A DNA stretch of 54,657 nucleotides from Candidatus Eiseniibacteriota bacterium (GCA_044222065.1 JBGAOA010000024.1:1-54657); one strand, 5' to 3'. Shown: positions 1-10,149, counted from the stretch's first letter. Notes: a model not told the origin generated them from the letters alone. Made by a program: numbers and translations.

Positions 1-44
1 TGCGTCTCGAGGGCGCGCGGCGATGGGCCGCGCGCCGCGGGGGT

Positions 45-1247
45 TCAGAAGTGCAGCGTCACGCCGGGCACGACGTACCAGCGCGGGTGCGTGCGGCGCC
101 GCTGGTCGAGGAACGGACCGTGGTCCGAGTAGCCGTGCGCCCACTCGAGCGCGAGCACCGTCTCGGGCCCCGCCTTGCGTCCTCCGCGCGACGCGTCGCG
201 TGCGTCCGGCGCGTGGATCGTGACGCCGACGCGTCCGTACCAGGTCGCCGCGTAGTTCCGGAACTCGCGCCCGTACAGGTTCGGCGTCCAGAGGCTCGGC
301 GTCCACACCTCTTCGTCGCCGTTCGGATTGTCGGCGCCGGCGAAGTTGAACGGCCGCGCGAGCCGCACCTCGGCGCCCGCGTACCACGACGTCGCGAGGC
401 GCTCGCTTCCGAGCATCCGGTTCAGCGCGCGCGAGACCGGGTCGGGCGCGACCGACTCGCGATCGCCGGCCGACCGCCACTCGACGCCCGCGAGCGCGGC
501 GGGGGAGCGGAAGCGCCACGGCTGGCGACCCGAGATGCCGACCTTCCATTCGCCGCCGGCGACGAGGCGCAGCGTCGGCGCCCCGCCGAGCGCGAACTCG
601 AGCGAGGCGATCTGCTCGATCGTCTCGTAGCTCAGCGCCGTGCGCTTCACCGGCGGGTGGGCCGAGAGTTCGCCTTCGAGACCCGTCTGGTTGCGCCCGA
701 AGCGGGCCTGGCCGATCACCTCGTCGCCGACGTGCGCGCTGCGATGGGAGAGTCCCGTGCGCGTCGTGAGCACCGGCGTCCGGAACGACGTCACGCCTCG
801 CCCGGCGTCCCCTTCGCCGCTCCACTGGACCTCGAGCGCGCCGCCGAAGCGGTAGTCGGTCACGACGACGAAGCGGGCGCGGATGCGGTCGAAGCTCGAT
901 CGCACGAGCCCGCTGGCGGTGAACTGGTAGCGCTTCCACGGCCCGCTCCGGCCGGCGACGCCCGTCCACACCGGGGCGCGGAACACGTGGCCGCCGGCGA
1001 CGTCGAACGTCATGCCGTCCACGTCCTCCTCCCAGCCCCCGCGCGTCGTCGAGTCGGTGACGTCCGAGCCGAAGCGCAGGTCCTGCGTCACCGCCTGGAC
1101 GCGCAGGTGCACGAGCGGTTCGTCGGGATCCTCGAGCAGCGGGCGGAACAAGAGCGGCGGTCCGTCCGCGCGCGCGATCGCCGAAGACAGCGTGAGTGCG
1201 AACGCGAGCGCGAAGAGCAGGGGACGGACGCGGGGAGTGGCGAACAT
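45..1247 (-). CDS. DUF1207-like putative outer-membrane beta-barrel protein
   Basis: Real gene is the 3' end of the 45..4265 shadow ORF, starting at ATG MFATPRV. Signal peptide (LLFALAFALTLSSAIARA), FRPLLEDPDEP and HRSAHVGDE motifs resembling DUF1207, C-terminal Phe (VTLHF). Confidence 0.6.
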   Translation of the reverse strand: MFATPRVRPLLFALAFALTLSSAIARADGPPLLFRPLLEDPDEPLVHLRVQAVTQDLRFGSDVTDSTTRGGWEEDVDGMTFDVAGGHVFRAPVWTGVAGRSGPWKRYQFTASGLVRSSFDRIRARFVVVTDYRFGGALEVQWSGEGDAGRGVTSFRTPVLTTRTGLSHRSAHVGDEVIGQARFGRNQTGLEGELSAHPPVKRTALSYETIEQIASLEFALGGAPTLRLVAGGEWKVGISGRQPWRFRSPAALAGVEWRSAGDRESVAPDPVSRALNRMLGSERLATSWYAGAEVRLARPFNFAGADNPNGDEEVWTPSLWTPNLYGREFRNYAATWYGRVGVTIHAPDARDASRGGRKAGPETVLALEWAHGYSDHGPFLDQRRRTHPRWYVVPGVTLHF

Positions 1248-1445
1248 GGCGCGCGAATCTAGCGATCGCCCGGCGGCCCCGCCAGCGGCCGCGGGAGGGC
1301 GACGCGTCGACGGCGGCGTCCGGCGCGCCGCCTCCGCGCTGGTCGCGGCAAACCCGCGCCCGGGGCGGCTTCGTTGACGCCGCGCTCCCGCGGGGGCAAG
1401 AGTGCGCGTCGAGCCCTTGCGTTCCTCCACTCGGAGATTCCTTCC

Positions 1446-4268
1446 ATGTCGACGCCCCACCGCTCCGCCGCGCTCCGCCGCGCGCTGCTGCCGGCGGTCC
1501 TTTTCGTTCTCGCCGCGGGCTTCACCGCGTGCTCGCCCACGACCTCCGAGGGACCGCCGCGCGTGCGGCTCGACTTCGAGAAGTACTCGCTGCCGAACGG
1601 TCTCGAGGTGATTCTGCGGAAGGACAACCGCCTGCCGATCGTGGCCGTCAACCTCTGGTACCACGTCGGCCCGGCGAACGAGGCGAAGGGCCGCACCGGC
1701 TTCGCCCATCTGTTCGAGCACATGATGTTCCAGGCTTCGGGGCACGTGCCCGAGGACCAGTACTTCCCGATCCTCGAAGGCGCGGGCGCGTCGTTCATCA
1801 ACGGCACCACCGACTTCGACCGGACGAACTACCTCGAGGACGTGCCGTCGAACGAGGTCGAGACGGCGCTGTGGCTCGAGAGCGACCGCATGGGCTTCCT
1901 GCTCGACCGTCTCGACGCCGCGAGCCTCGCGCGCCAGCAGGACGTCGTGCGCGCCGAGCGCAAGCAGGGCATCGAGAACGTGCCTTACGCGCTCGCCGAG
2001 GAGCGGCTCTACCAGCTCGTGTATCCGGAGGGCCATCCGTACCGCGCGATGGTCATCGGCTCGCACGAGGACATCCAGGCCGCGAAGCTCGAGGACGTGC
2101 GCGACTTCTTCCGGCGCTATTACGCGCCCAACAACTGCAGCATCTCGATCGTCGGCGACATCGACGTCGCGCGCACGAAGGAACTCCTCACGAAGTACTT
2201 CGGCACGCTGCCGCGCGGCGAGGACGTGCCGAAGCCGACCGGCGCCGCGCCGGCGCTGACCGCGGAGCGGCGCGACGTCGTGACGGACGAGATCGAGCTG
2301 CCGCGCGTCTACATGGGCTGGATCACGCCGAACGCGTTCCAGCCCGGGGACGCCGAGGGCGCTCTCGCGGCCCGCATCCTCGCGAGCGGAAAGGCGAGCC
2401 GTCTCTACAAAGCGCTCGTCTACGACCGGAAGATCGCCCAGGCCGTGAACGCGACGCAGCAGTCGCTCGCGCTCGGCTCGCTGTTCGAGGTCACGCTCAC
2501 CGCGAAGCCCGGGCACACGGCCGAGGAACTCGAGCAGTCCGCCGACGCCGAGCTCGCGCGGCTCGCGAGCGACGGCCCGACCGCGGAGGAGCTGCGTTCG
2601 GCGAAGACCGGCCTCTACTCGGCCGTAGTGCTCGCGCTCCAGAACCCGGGCGGATTCGACGGCGTCGCGAACCGCTTCAACCTGTACAACCACTACACGG
2701 GCGATCCCGGCTACCTGCAGAAGGACCTCGAGCGCATCGAGGCCGTGACCGCGGACGGCGTGAAGCGCTTCGCCGCCGAGCAGCTCGCGAAGGACCGCCG
2801 CGCGGTCGTGCACTGCGTGCCGGGGGAGAAGGTCATCCCGGCCGGGCCGCCGTCGCCGGCGGAGCCGCCGCCCTCGACGGCCCCCGTCGTGTCGGCCGAG
2901 CCGTGGCGCAACGAGCGTCCGAAGTCCGGCCCGACGCCGACGACGCCGCTCCCGAGCGCGAAGTCGTTCGACCTGCCGAACGGACTGCGCGTGCTGCTCG
3001 TCGAGTCGCACGAGCTGCCCGTGGTCGCCGCCGAACTCGTCGTGCGCGCGGGCAGCGCCGCCGATCCCGCGGACCGGCCCGGACTCGCGGGCTTCGCGGT
3101 CTCGATGCTCGACGAGGGCGCCGGCGACCGCGACGCGCTCGCGATCGCGCGCGAACTCGAGTCGCTCGGCGCGACGCTCGGAACGAACGCCGGGACGGAC
3201 GGCAGCTACGCGTGGGTCACGGTGCTCAAGGGCCAGGCGACGCAGGCGATGTCGCTGCTGTCGGACGTCGTGACGAAGCCGACCTTCCCGGATTCGGACC
3301 TCGCTCGCGTTCGCAACGACCGGCTCACCGCGATCATCGAGACGCGCCAGAATCCGTTCGCGACTGGCATGCGCGTGATCGGCCCCGTGCTGTACGGCGA
3401 CGCCCATCCGTACGGCCACGCCCAGCTCGGCACGGAGTCCGGACTCCAGCAGGCCACGAAGGGCGAACTCACGGGCTTCTACCAGCGCTACTTCTCTCCG
3501 TCGAACGCGGCGCTCGTGCTCGCCGGCGACCTCACCGAGGCCGAGGCGCGGCGGCTCGCGACGCAGGCGCTCGGCCAGTGGCGCGGAACGGGCGAGGTCG
3601 TGAAGGCGCCCGAGGGCGGCGCCTCCACGGCCGACCGCGTGACGATCGTGGACATGCCGTCCGCGTCCCAGACCGCGCTGATCGCGGCGCAGCAGAGCGT
3701 CGCGCGCTCGGATCCCGACTACGAGAAGCTGAACGTGATGAACCAGGTGCTCGGCGGGCTGTTCTCGAGCCGCGTCAACATGAACCTGCGCGAACAGCAC
3801 GGCTATTCCTACGGCGCGTTCTCGTTCATCCGCGAGAACCGGGGCGTGGGACCGCTGATCGTCGGGAGCATGGTGAAGGGCGAGGCGACGGGCCCGTCCG
3901 TGCGCGAGCTGCTGAAGGAAGTGGCGGGCATGACGGCGAAGGAGATCTCGCCGGAGGAGCTGACGCTCGCGCGCGAGTCCATCGCACGCGCGCTGCCGGC
4001 GCAGTTCCAGGACGCCGAGACGACCGCCGGCACGATCGGGCAGCTGTTCCTGCTGGAGCAGTCGCCGGACTACTACCAGTCGCTGCCCGAACGGCTCAGC
4101 TCGATGACCGCGGCCGAGGTGTTTGACGCGACGAAGCGGCACCTGCGGCCCGACGACATGCGGCTGATCCTCGTCGGCTCGCGCCGGCAGATCGAGCCGC
4201 AGATTCGCGCGCTCGGGCTCGGGCCGATCGGCATCCGCGACGCGGATGGCAAGGCCGTCGCGCACTGA
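1446..4268 (+). CDS. M16-family zinc metallopeptidase (two fused halves), probable lipoprotein
   Basis: Inverted zinc motif HLFEH, NGTTDFDRTNY, second LPNGL repeat without zinc ligands, lipobox-like GFTA-C. ATG at 1446. Confidence 0.92.
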   Translation: MSTPHRSAALRRALLPAVLFVLAAGFTACSPTTSEGPPRVRLDFEKYSLPNGLEVILRKDNRLPIVAVNLWYHVGPANEAKGRTGFAHLFEHMMFQASGHVPEDQYFPILEGAGASFINGTTDFDRTNYLEDVPSNEVETALWLESDRMGFLLDRLDAASLARQQDVVRAERKQGIENVPYALAEERLYQLVYPEGHPYRAMVIGSHEDIQAAKLEDVRDFFRRYYAPNNCSISIVGDIDVARTKELLTKYFGTLPRGEDVPKPTGAAPALTAERRDVVTDEIELPRVYMGWITPNAFQPGDAEGALAARILASGKASRLYKALVYDRKIAQAVNATQQSLALGSLFEVTLTAKPGHTAEELEQSADAELARLASDGPTAEELRSAKTGLYSAVVLALQNPGGFDGVANRFNLYNHYTGDPGYLQKDLERIEAVTADGVKRFAAEQLAKDRRAVVHCVPGEKVIPAGPPSPAEPPPSTAPVVSAEPWRNERPKSGPTPTTPLPSAKSFDLPNGLRVLLVESHELPVVAAELVVRAGSAADPADRPGLAGFAVSMLDEGAGDRDALAIARELESLGATLGTNAGTDGSYAWVTVLKGQATQAMSLLSDVVTKPTFPDSDLARVRNDRLTAIIETRQNPFATGMRVIGPVLYGDAHPYGHAQLGTESGLQQATKGELTGFYQRYFSPSNAALVLAGDLTEAEARRLATQALGQWRGTGEVVKAPEGGASTADRVTIVDMPSASQTALIAAQQSVARSDPDYEKLNVMNQVLGGLFSSRVNMNLREQHGYSYGAFSFIRENRGVGPLIVGSMVKGEATGPSVRELLKEVAGMTAKEISPEELTLARESIARALPAQFQDAETTAGTIGQLFLLEQSPDYYQSLPERLSSMTAAEVFDATKRHLRPDDMRLILVGSRRQIEPQIRALGLGPIGIRDADGKAVAH

Positions 4269-4275
4269 ACGAATC

Positions 4276-4306
4276 CGGGCGGCGGCGCGATCGGCGCCGC
4301 CGCCCG
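4276..4306. terminator. GC-rich hairpin between convergent genes
   Basis: Perfect 13-bp stem CGGGCGGCGGCGC/GCGCCGCCGCCCG with 5-nt loop, just after the protease stop. No clear U-tract. Confidence 0.6.
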
Positions 4307-4322
4307 TCGGTTTCCCGGCGCG

Positions 4323-4892
4323 TCAGCGGGCGCTCGCGCGCCTCAGGTGACGGAGCAGCGAGATCTGCCCGAGGTGTCCCGCCTCGTGCTCCACGAGGTG
4401 GTAGAGCACCCAGGCCGCGTCGAGCACGCGCACCGTTCCGTCCGGACGCGGGGGGCGCGTCACGATGCGCGCGAGATCGGCGTCGGTGAGCGGCGCGACC
4501 GCCGCGCGGGTGTGCGCGTGCGAGCGGTCGAGCATCGAGTGGAAGAAGGCGACCGGCTTGCCCGAGACGGCGGGCGAAGGCCGGCCGTCGGGCGGCAGCG
4601 GCAGCCCTTCGTCCTCCTCGGTGATGCCGATCACGTCCTGCGCGTGGCCCGTGGTCTCGCCGAGCACGCCGACCTGCACGAGGTGCGCTTCGGCGAACGC
4701 GACGTGCGCGAGCAGCATGCCGATCGTGTTCATGCCGGGGGCGAACTGCCAGTCGAGATCCTCGACCGTCAGCTCCCGCGTCTCCGCGATCAGCTTCTTG
4801 CGCTGTTCGGCGAGCGCCCAGAACAACAGCGCGCCGCGCTCGCTCGCGAATCCGGCGGGCGGCTCGAAGACGGTGCGCAGGGTCGTGGACAT
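4323..4892 (-). CDS. DinB/DUF664-family protein
   Basis: NTIGMLLAH and YHLVEHEAGHLGQI supply the His triad. AAAGGAG RBS upstream. Confidence 0.88.
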   Translation of the reverse strand: MSTTLRTVFEPPAGFASERGALLFWALAEQRKKLIAETRELTVEDLDWQFAPGMNTIGMLLAHVAFAEAHLVQVGVLGETTGHAQDVIGITEEDEGLPLPPDGRPSPAVSGKPVAFFHSMLDRSHAHTRAAVAPLTDADLARIVTRPPRPDGTVRVLDAAWVLYHLVEHEAGHLGQISLLRHLRRASAR

Positions 4893-4914
4893 GCGGACTC
4901 CTTTCGTCGGGAGG

Positions 4915-5493
4915 TCAGCGTGGGCGGCGCGCGACGCGCGCCCAGTGCCGGAGCATCAGGATTTGGCCGTGATGTCCGCAGAAGTGCTCGACCACGTGGT
5001 ACGCGATCCAGCGGCGGTCGAAGTGGCGCACGACGCCACGGTCGGGGCGCGGCTGCTGGAGCGGCTTCACCATCTCTCGGTCGGTGATCTTGCGCGCCTC
5101 GCGCTTCACGAACGCGCGCGACTTCTTCAGCAGGCCGAGGTAGAACGCGAGCGGCTTGCCGCGAAGTGCGACCGGGTGCCGCCCGGTCGGCAGCGCCGGG
5201 ATGCCGTCGTCGTCGCCGCCGATGCCGAGGACGCCGTCGAAGTCCACGTCGGTCGTGAGACGCGACGGCCCGCCGAACCACCACACCTCCACGATCGCGA
5301 GGTGGGCGAGCAGCATTCCGATGGTGTTCATGCCCGGCTTCGGCTGCCACTCGAGCTCCTTGACGCCGATGCCGTCCAGCGCCTCCGCGAGCAGCTTCGT
5401 CTGGTCGTCGAGCTGGGCGATGAACGATGCCATCTCGCGCGAGCGGTAGCCGGACGGCAGGGCGAGGAACGTGCGGTCGGGTTTGAGGGCCAT
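4915..5493 (-). CDS. DinB/DUF664-family protein (paralog)
   Basis: NTIGMLLAH and YHVVEHFCGHHGQI. ATG MALKPD with GGAG RBS. Confidence 0.88.
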   Translation of the reverse strand: MALKPDRTFLALPSGYRSREMASFIAQLDDQTKLLAEALDGIGVKELEWQPKPGMNTIGMLLAHLAIVEVWWFGGPSRLTTDVDFDGVLGIGGDDDGIPALPTGRHPVALRGKPLAFYLGLLKKSRAFVKREARKITDREMVKPLQQPRPDRGVVRHFDRRWIAYHVVEHFCGHHGQILMLRHWARVARRPR

Positions 5494-5589
5494 GCGTTCT
5501 CCGTGGAAGAGGGTGGGAGGCGCCGCGGTTCGTGTCACCCAATCGCGGGACGCGCGGCGCGTCAAGGAAGATCGTCCGCCGCGAACGCT

Positions 5590-5623
5590 CGCGCCCCCGG
5601 CGGGTCTGGCCGCCGGGGGCGCG
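5590..5623 (-). terminator. Hairpin downstream of the pyrophosphatase gene
   Basis: 14-bp perfect stem CGCGCCCCCGGCGG/CCGCCGGGGGCGCG with 6-nt loop. Confidence 0.55.
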
Positions 5624-5640
5624 TCGCGACGATGCGAGGG

Positions 5641-8043
5641 CTACTTGCTCGTCGAAATCCGCATGCCGTAGAACGAGCGGTACACGAACGCGAGCGCGAT
5701 CAGCATGAACACCGCCGAGACCGGAACCGAGATCGCCGGGTTCGCGACCGCCATTTCGACCGCCAGCAGGCCGAACAGCGTCGTGAACTTGATGATCGGG
5801 TTGAGCGCGACCGACGACGTGTCCTTGTACGGGTCGCCGACCGTGTCGCCGACGACGGTCGCCGCGTGCAGGTCGGTGCCCTTCGCCTGCAGCTCGACCT
5901 CGACGACCTTCTTCGCGTTGTCCCACGCGCCGCCGGCGTTCGCCATGTAGACGGCCTGGAACAGGCCGACCACCGCGATGCTGACCAGGTAGGCGATGAA
6001 GAACACCTCGTTGAAGAACGCATAGGCGATCGTCAACGAGAAGATCACGAGGAAGATGTTGAACATGCCCGCCTGCGCGTACTGCGTGCAGATGCGCACG
6101 ACCGTGCGCGAGGTCTCGATGTTCGCGGCCTCGGCGGAGTCGAGCTTGATGTTCTTCTTGATGAACTCGACCGCGCGGTAGGCGCCCGTCGTGACCGCCT
6201 GCATCGAGGCGCCGGTGAACCAGTACACGGTCCCGCCGCCCATGAGCAGTCCGAGCAGCACGTAGGGGTCGAGCAGGTCGAGGCGGAAAACCGGTGCCCC
6301 GTTCGCGTCCACGCCGAAGTGCTTCTGGAGCGTCAGGATGATCGAGAACAGCATCGTCGTCGCGCCGGCCACGGCGGTCGCGATGAGCACCGGCTTCGCG
6401 GTTGCCTTGAACGTGTTGCCCGCGCCGTCGTTGTCCTCGAGGTAGTGCTTGCCCTTTTCGAAGTCGGGCTTGAAGCCGAACTGCTTTTCGATCTCCTGCG
6501 CGGCGCCCGGCGTCGTCTCGACCTGCGACAGCTCGAAAATGGACTGGGCGTTGTCCGTGACCGGGCCGTAGGAGTCGACCGCGATCGTCACCGGTCCCAT
6601 GCCGAGCAGTCCGAACGCCACGAGGCCGAACGCGAACACGGCAGGGTACTGCATGTACTGCGCGAGACCCTGCTGCGAGAAGAGGAACGCGAGGAACAGC
6701 AGCACGGCGAGCGTCAGCGCCTTCCAGAACACCGAGAAGTTGCCGGCCACCATGCCCGAGAGGATGTTGAGCGAGGCGCCGCCTTCCTTGGACGCGGCCA
6801 CGACTTCGGACACGTGTCGCGAGTGCGCGCTCGTGAACACCTTCGTGAACTCGGGGATCACCGCCGCGGCGAGCGTGCCGCACGAGATGATGACGGACAG
6901 CGTGAACCACAGGTTCCCGCCGAGCGGCGCGAGCAGCCACTTCGAGACGGCGAACGTCACGACGATGGAGAGGATCGAGCACACCCACACGAGGCTCGTG
7001 AGCGGCGCCTCGAAGTCGATCTTCGTCTTGCCCGCGTTCTGCGCGCGCGCGACCGCGGCGTTGCCGAGGTACGACACGATCGACGTGAGGATCATCAGCA
7101 CGCGCATCACGAAGATCCACACGAGGAAGCTCGCCTTGTGCTCGGGAACGACCGCGAGCGCGATGAACGAGATCAGCGCGACGCCCGTCACGCCGTACGT
7201 CTCGAAGCCGTCCGCCGTGGGACCGACCGAGTCGCCCGCGTTGTCGCCCGTGCAGTCGGCGATGACGCCGGGATTGCGCGGGTCGTCCTCCTTGATGCGG
7301 AACACGACCTTCATGAGGTCGGAGCCGATGTCGGCGATCTTCGTGAAGATGCCGCCCGCGATGCGGAGCGCCGAGGCGCCGAGCGACTCGCCGATCGCGA
7401 AGCCGAGGAAGCACGCGCCGGCCTGCTCGGCGGGCACGAAGAGCAGGATCGCGAGCATCATCAGCAGCTCGACGCAGATCAGCAGCACGCCGATGCTCAT
7501 GCCGGCCTGCAGCGGAATCTCGTACACCTGGAGCGGCTTGCCCTTGAGCGATGCGAAAGCCGTGCGGCTGTTCGCGAAGGTGTTCATGCGGATGCCGAAC
7601 CACGCGACGCCGTAGGAGCCGAGGATGCCGAGCACCGAGAACGCGAGGATCGTGACGACCCGCATCGCGTCGAGGCCCTGCAGGACGCCGAAGTAGTAGA
7701 CGATGCACGCGCCGATGAAGATCTCGAGCACGGCGAGCAGCTGGCCCTGCTTGAGCAGGTAGGCCTTGCAGGTCTCGTAGATCGTGTTCGAGACGTCGAG
7801 CATGGACTTGTGCGCCGGCATGCCCTTCACCTGGTTGAACATCACCATGCCGAACGCCATGCCGACGACGCACACGCCGAGGCCGAGCACGAGCAGCTGG
7901 CGCTGCGCGGCGTCGAGCTCCGGCAACTGCAGATCGAGCTCGCTCGCGAGCGCGAGCGCGGGGACCGACAGCGCGAACAAAGCCGCGGTCGCGGTCAGGG
8001 CGAACTTTCGCAGGGCGGAGCCCGCAGCGCGGATCCTCATCAT
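5641..8043 (-). CDS. hppA: Membrane-bound ion-translocating pyrophosphatase, K+-independent, divergent long type
   Basis: GGIFTKIADIGSDL, EDDPRNPGVIADCTGDNAGD, GNTFKATAK, GGAWDNAKK, GDTVGDPYKD. Many TM helices; GAGGAG RBS. Confidence 0.95.
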   Translation of the reverse strand: MMRIRAAGSALRKFALTATAALFALSVPALALASELDLQLPELDAAQRQLLVLGLGVCVVGMAFGMVMFNQVKGMPAHKSMLDVSNTIYETCKAYLLKQGQLLAVLEIFIGACIVYYFGVLQGLDAMRVVTILAFSVLGILGSYGVAWFGIRMNTFANSRTAFASLKGKPLQVYEIPLQAGMSIGVLLICVELLMMLAILLFVPAEQAGACFLGFAIGESLGASALRIAGGIFTKIADIGSDLMKVVFRIKEDDPRNPGVIADCTGDNAGDSVGPTADGFETYGVTGVALISFIALAVVPEHKASFLVWIFVMRVLMILTSIVSYLGNAAVARAQNAGKTKIDFEAPLTSLVWVCSILSIVVTFAVSKWLLAPLGGNLWFTLSVIISCGTLAAAVIPEFTKVFTSAHSRHVSEVVAASKEGGASLNILSGMVAGNFSVFWKALTLAVLLFLAFLFSQQGLAQYMQYPAVFAFGLVAFGLLGMGPVTIAVDSYGPVTDNAQSIFELSQVETTPGAAQEIEKQFGFKPDFEKGKHYLEDNDGAGNTFKATAKPVLIATAVAGATTMLFSIILTLQKHFGVDANGAPVFRLDLLDPYVLLGLLMGGGTVYWFTGASMQAVTTGAYRAVEFIKKNIKLDSAEAANIETSRTVVRICTQYAQAGMFNIFLVIFSLTIAYAFFNEVFFIAYLVSIAVVGLFQAVYMANAGGAWDNAKKVVEVELQAKGTDLHAATVVGDTVGDPYKDTSSVALNPIIKFTTLFGLLAVEMAVANPAISVPVSAVFMLIALAFVYRSFYGMRISTSK

Positions 8044-8322
8044 CAGCTGCTCCTCATCATCAGAGGTGTCGTGGCCCGGCGAGCGGCCGGACGACCGAAC
8101 CGGAGGGCGACCGCGTTGCAATCGCGAGAGATGCGGCCTTCCGGCGGGGATGAACTCGACCCTCGCGCGTGGAGTCCCGGGCGCGAAGGACGCGGGAGAC
8201 TAGCGGAGGCGGGGGAATCGAACAAGGTGGCCGTGCGCCACGCGCTGCGGGTATCATTTCGGCCCGTCGCCGATCCCCCGCGTCGCGACGAGGCACCGAA
8301 CGACACCGAGACTTCCCCGAGA

Positions 8323-10128
8323 ATGACAGCGCTCGCCGACACTCCGTCCCCGACGAGCGAGCCTCGCACGCGGGTAACGGCCGGGCGCGCGATCGCGCGC
8401 CCCTGGCCGGCCGCGTTGGGGCTCGCCCTGCTGCTGCTTGCCGGAAACGCGAACTCCGCGGTCCCGTCCCTCGGCGTGGGAAATGGCGTGCCCCCGGGCT
8501 TCGCGCCGAAGGACTTCGCCGTCATCGCCTCGCAGGGGGTCGCGCACGCCTTCTACATCATGAACGACCTCTCCCTGCGGCAGGCGGGGGACTACCACCG
8601 CAACGAGCGGCGCTTCGGACACGCGATTTCCTACGACCTCTTCACCTGGACGTTCGTGGATTCGAACTTCGTCGCGAGCGGATCGGGATGGGATCGCGAT
8701 CACGTCTGGGCGCCGAGCGTCGTATTCGCGAACGGGAAGTTCTGGATGTTCTACACCGGCGTGCGCGACACGCTCATCGGCAGCGCGTGGACGCTCGCCG
8801 AGCAGCGCATCGGCGTCGCGTGGTCCACGGACCTCACGAACTGGACGCGTCAGGCTGCGCCGCTCATCGAGTGCGGCTCGCCGTCCCTGCCGTGGGCGGA
8901 TTGCGCGGGCGGGGGAGCGCGCGATCCGTTCGTCATGCGCGAGGACGCGGCCGATCCCGCTTCGCTGAGTCCTCCCGGCTGGCTCCTCTACTACACGACG
9001 AAGCCCGCGACCGTTCCGAACGGCACGTACAACCCTTACGCGTTCGTCGTCGGCGTGGCGCGCGCACCGTTCTCCGATCCGACCGCGATGTCCGATCTCG
9101 GGCCGCTCTGGAGCACCTACCGCAACTACCAGGTCGAGCCCGGCACGAACAAGGTCGAGTCGCCGCACGTCGCGAAGATGCGGTCGCAGTGGCACCTGTT
9201 CTTCACCGGCGACGCCGGCGTGTTCCAGCTCACCGGACCGTCCGCGCTCGGCGACGTCGGAATGCCGCAGAGCGCGTGGGAGTTCGACGGCCTCTTCGGC
9301 GAGGTCAACCCCGACGAGTACGCGAGCGAGACCTTCTCGTTCGCGTGGGAGGACGGGACCGTCGAGCCGTACCTCGCCTCCCTCGAGAGCTTGCAGAATT
9401 TCAACCACGTCGTGAACTTCCGGTCGGTGCGGAACGCCGGGGCGTCACTGCTGTGCGATCCGCTCACGCTCGAGGCGATCCTCCCGGACCAGACCTACGC
9501 CCACCAGGGCGACACCGTGCGGATCCTGCTCAAGTCCGACCTGCCGTCGACCGGAATCCAGTTCGTGGACACGCTGACGCGCATCGCGCCGTTCCGCGTC
9601 TGGGAAGTGGACACGATCGCCGGGCATCCGATCCTCGAGAAGAAGTGGCCCATTCCGTACGGCCTGCAGTCGGTCGTGCACGTGACGACCCAGTTCATCG
9701 AGGGCGACGACTCCGAGACGATCGTCTGGCGGCCCGAGTTCGTGCCCGACGACGACGCCACGCCGAACCGTGACGAACTCGTGTTCGAGGTGCGCGGCCG
9801 CTACTCGCCGCTCGTCTACCTGTACCCGCCCGGGAGCACGGTGGATGCCGGCGCGCCGGAACCCGCGACGCCACGGCTCGCCGTGCACGGCGCTGCGGAC
9901 GGACGGCGCGTCCTGCTCGACCTCACCGTGCCCGCCGACGTGCGCGTCGAGCTGTTCGACGCCGCGGGGCGCCGCGTGCGCGATCTCGGCGTGCAGCACT
10001 GCGGCGCGGGACGCACCGCAGTGGACCTCGACGGCGCGGGGCGGGAGCCACTCGGCCCGGGGCTCTACTTCGCGCGCGCGACGGCGGGCGAACTTCGGGC
10101 GCACGGCCGCGTCATCGCGCTGCGCTGA
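8323..10128 (+). CDS. Secreted five-bladed beta-propeller glycoside hydrolase-like protein (GH32/GH43-like) with C-terminal FlgD/T9SS-like domain
   Basis: Hydrophobic signal, PKDF, GHAISYDL, WDRDHVWAPSV, RDPFV, ESPHV; tail VELFDAAGRRVR...PGLYFARA. Start codon uncertain. Confidence 0.7.
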   Translation: MTALADTPSPTSEPRTRVTAGRAIARPWPAALGLALLLLAGNANSAVPSLGVGNGVPPGFAPKDFAVIASQGVAHAFYIMNDLSLRQAGDYHRNERRFGHAISYDLFTWTFVDSNFVASGSGWDRDHVWAPSVVFANGKFWMFYTGVRDTLIGSAWTLAEQRIGVAWSTDLTNWTRQAAPLIECGSPSLPWADCAGGGARDPFVMREDAADPASLSPPGWLLYYTTKPATVPNGTYNPYAFVVGVARAPFSDPTAMSDLGPLWSTYRNYQVEPGTNKVESPHVAKMRSQWHLFFTGDAGVFQLTGPSALGDVGMPQSAWEFDGLFGEVNPDEYASETFSFAWEDGTVEPYLASLESLQNFNHVVNFRSVRNAGASLLCDPLTLEAILPDQTYAHQGDTVRILLKSDLPSTGIQFVDTLTRIAPFRVWEVDTIAGHPILEKKWPIPYGLQSVVHVTTQFIEGDDSETIVWRPEFVPDDDATPNRDELVFEVRGRYSPLVYLYPPGSTVDAGAPEPATPRLAVHGAADGRRVLLDLTVPADVRVELFDAAGRRVRDLGVQHCGAGRTAVDLDGAGREPLGPGLYFARATAGELRAHGRVIALR

Positions 10129-10149
10129 CGGCGCGCCGCGCCGGCGCCG

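Noticed and set aside
1248..4265. N-terminal ~1000 aa of the 1406-aa minus ORF
   Set aside because: Antisense to the M16 protease; the real gene starts at 1247.
4465..8322. N-terminal ~1290 aa of the 1887-aa ORF
   Set aside because: Antisense to hppA and the DinB genes; only the part from 8323 looks like a real protein.
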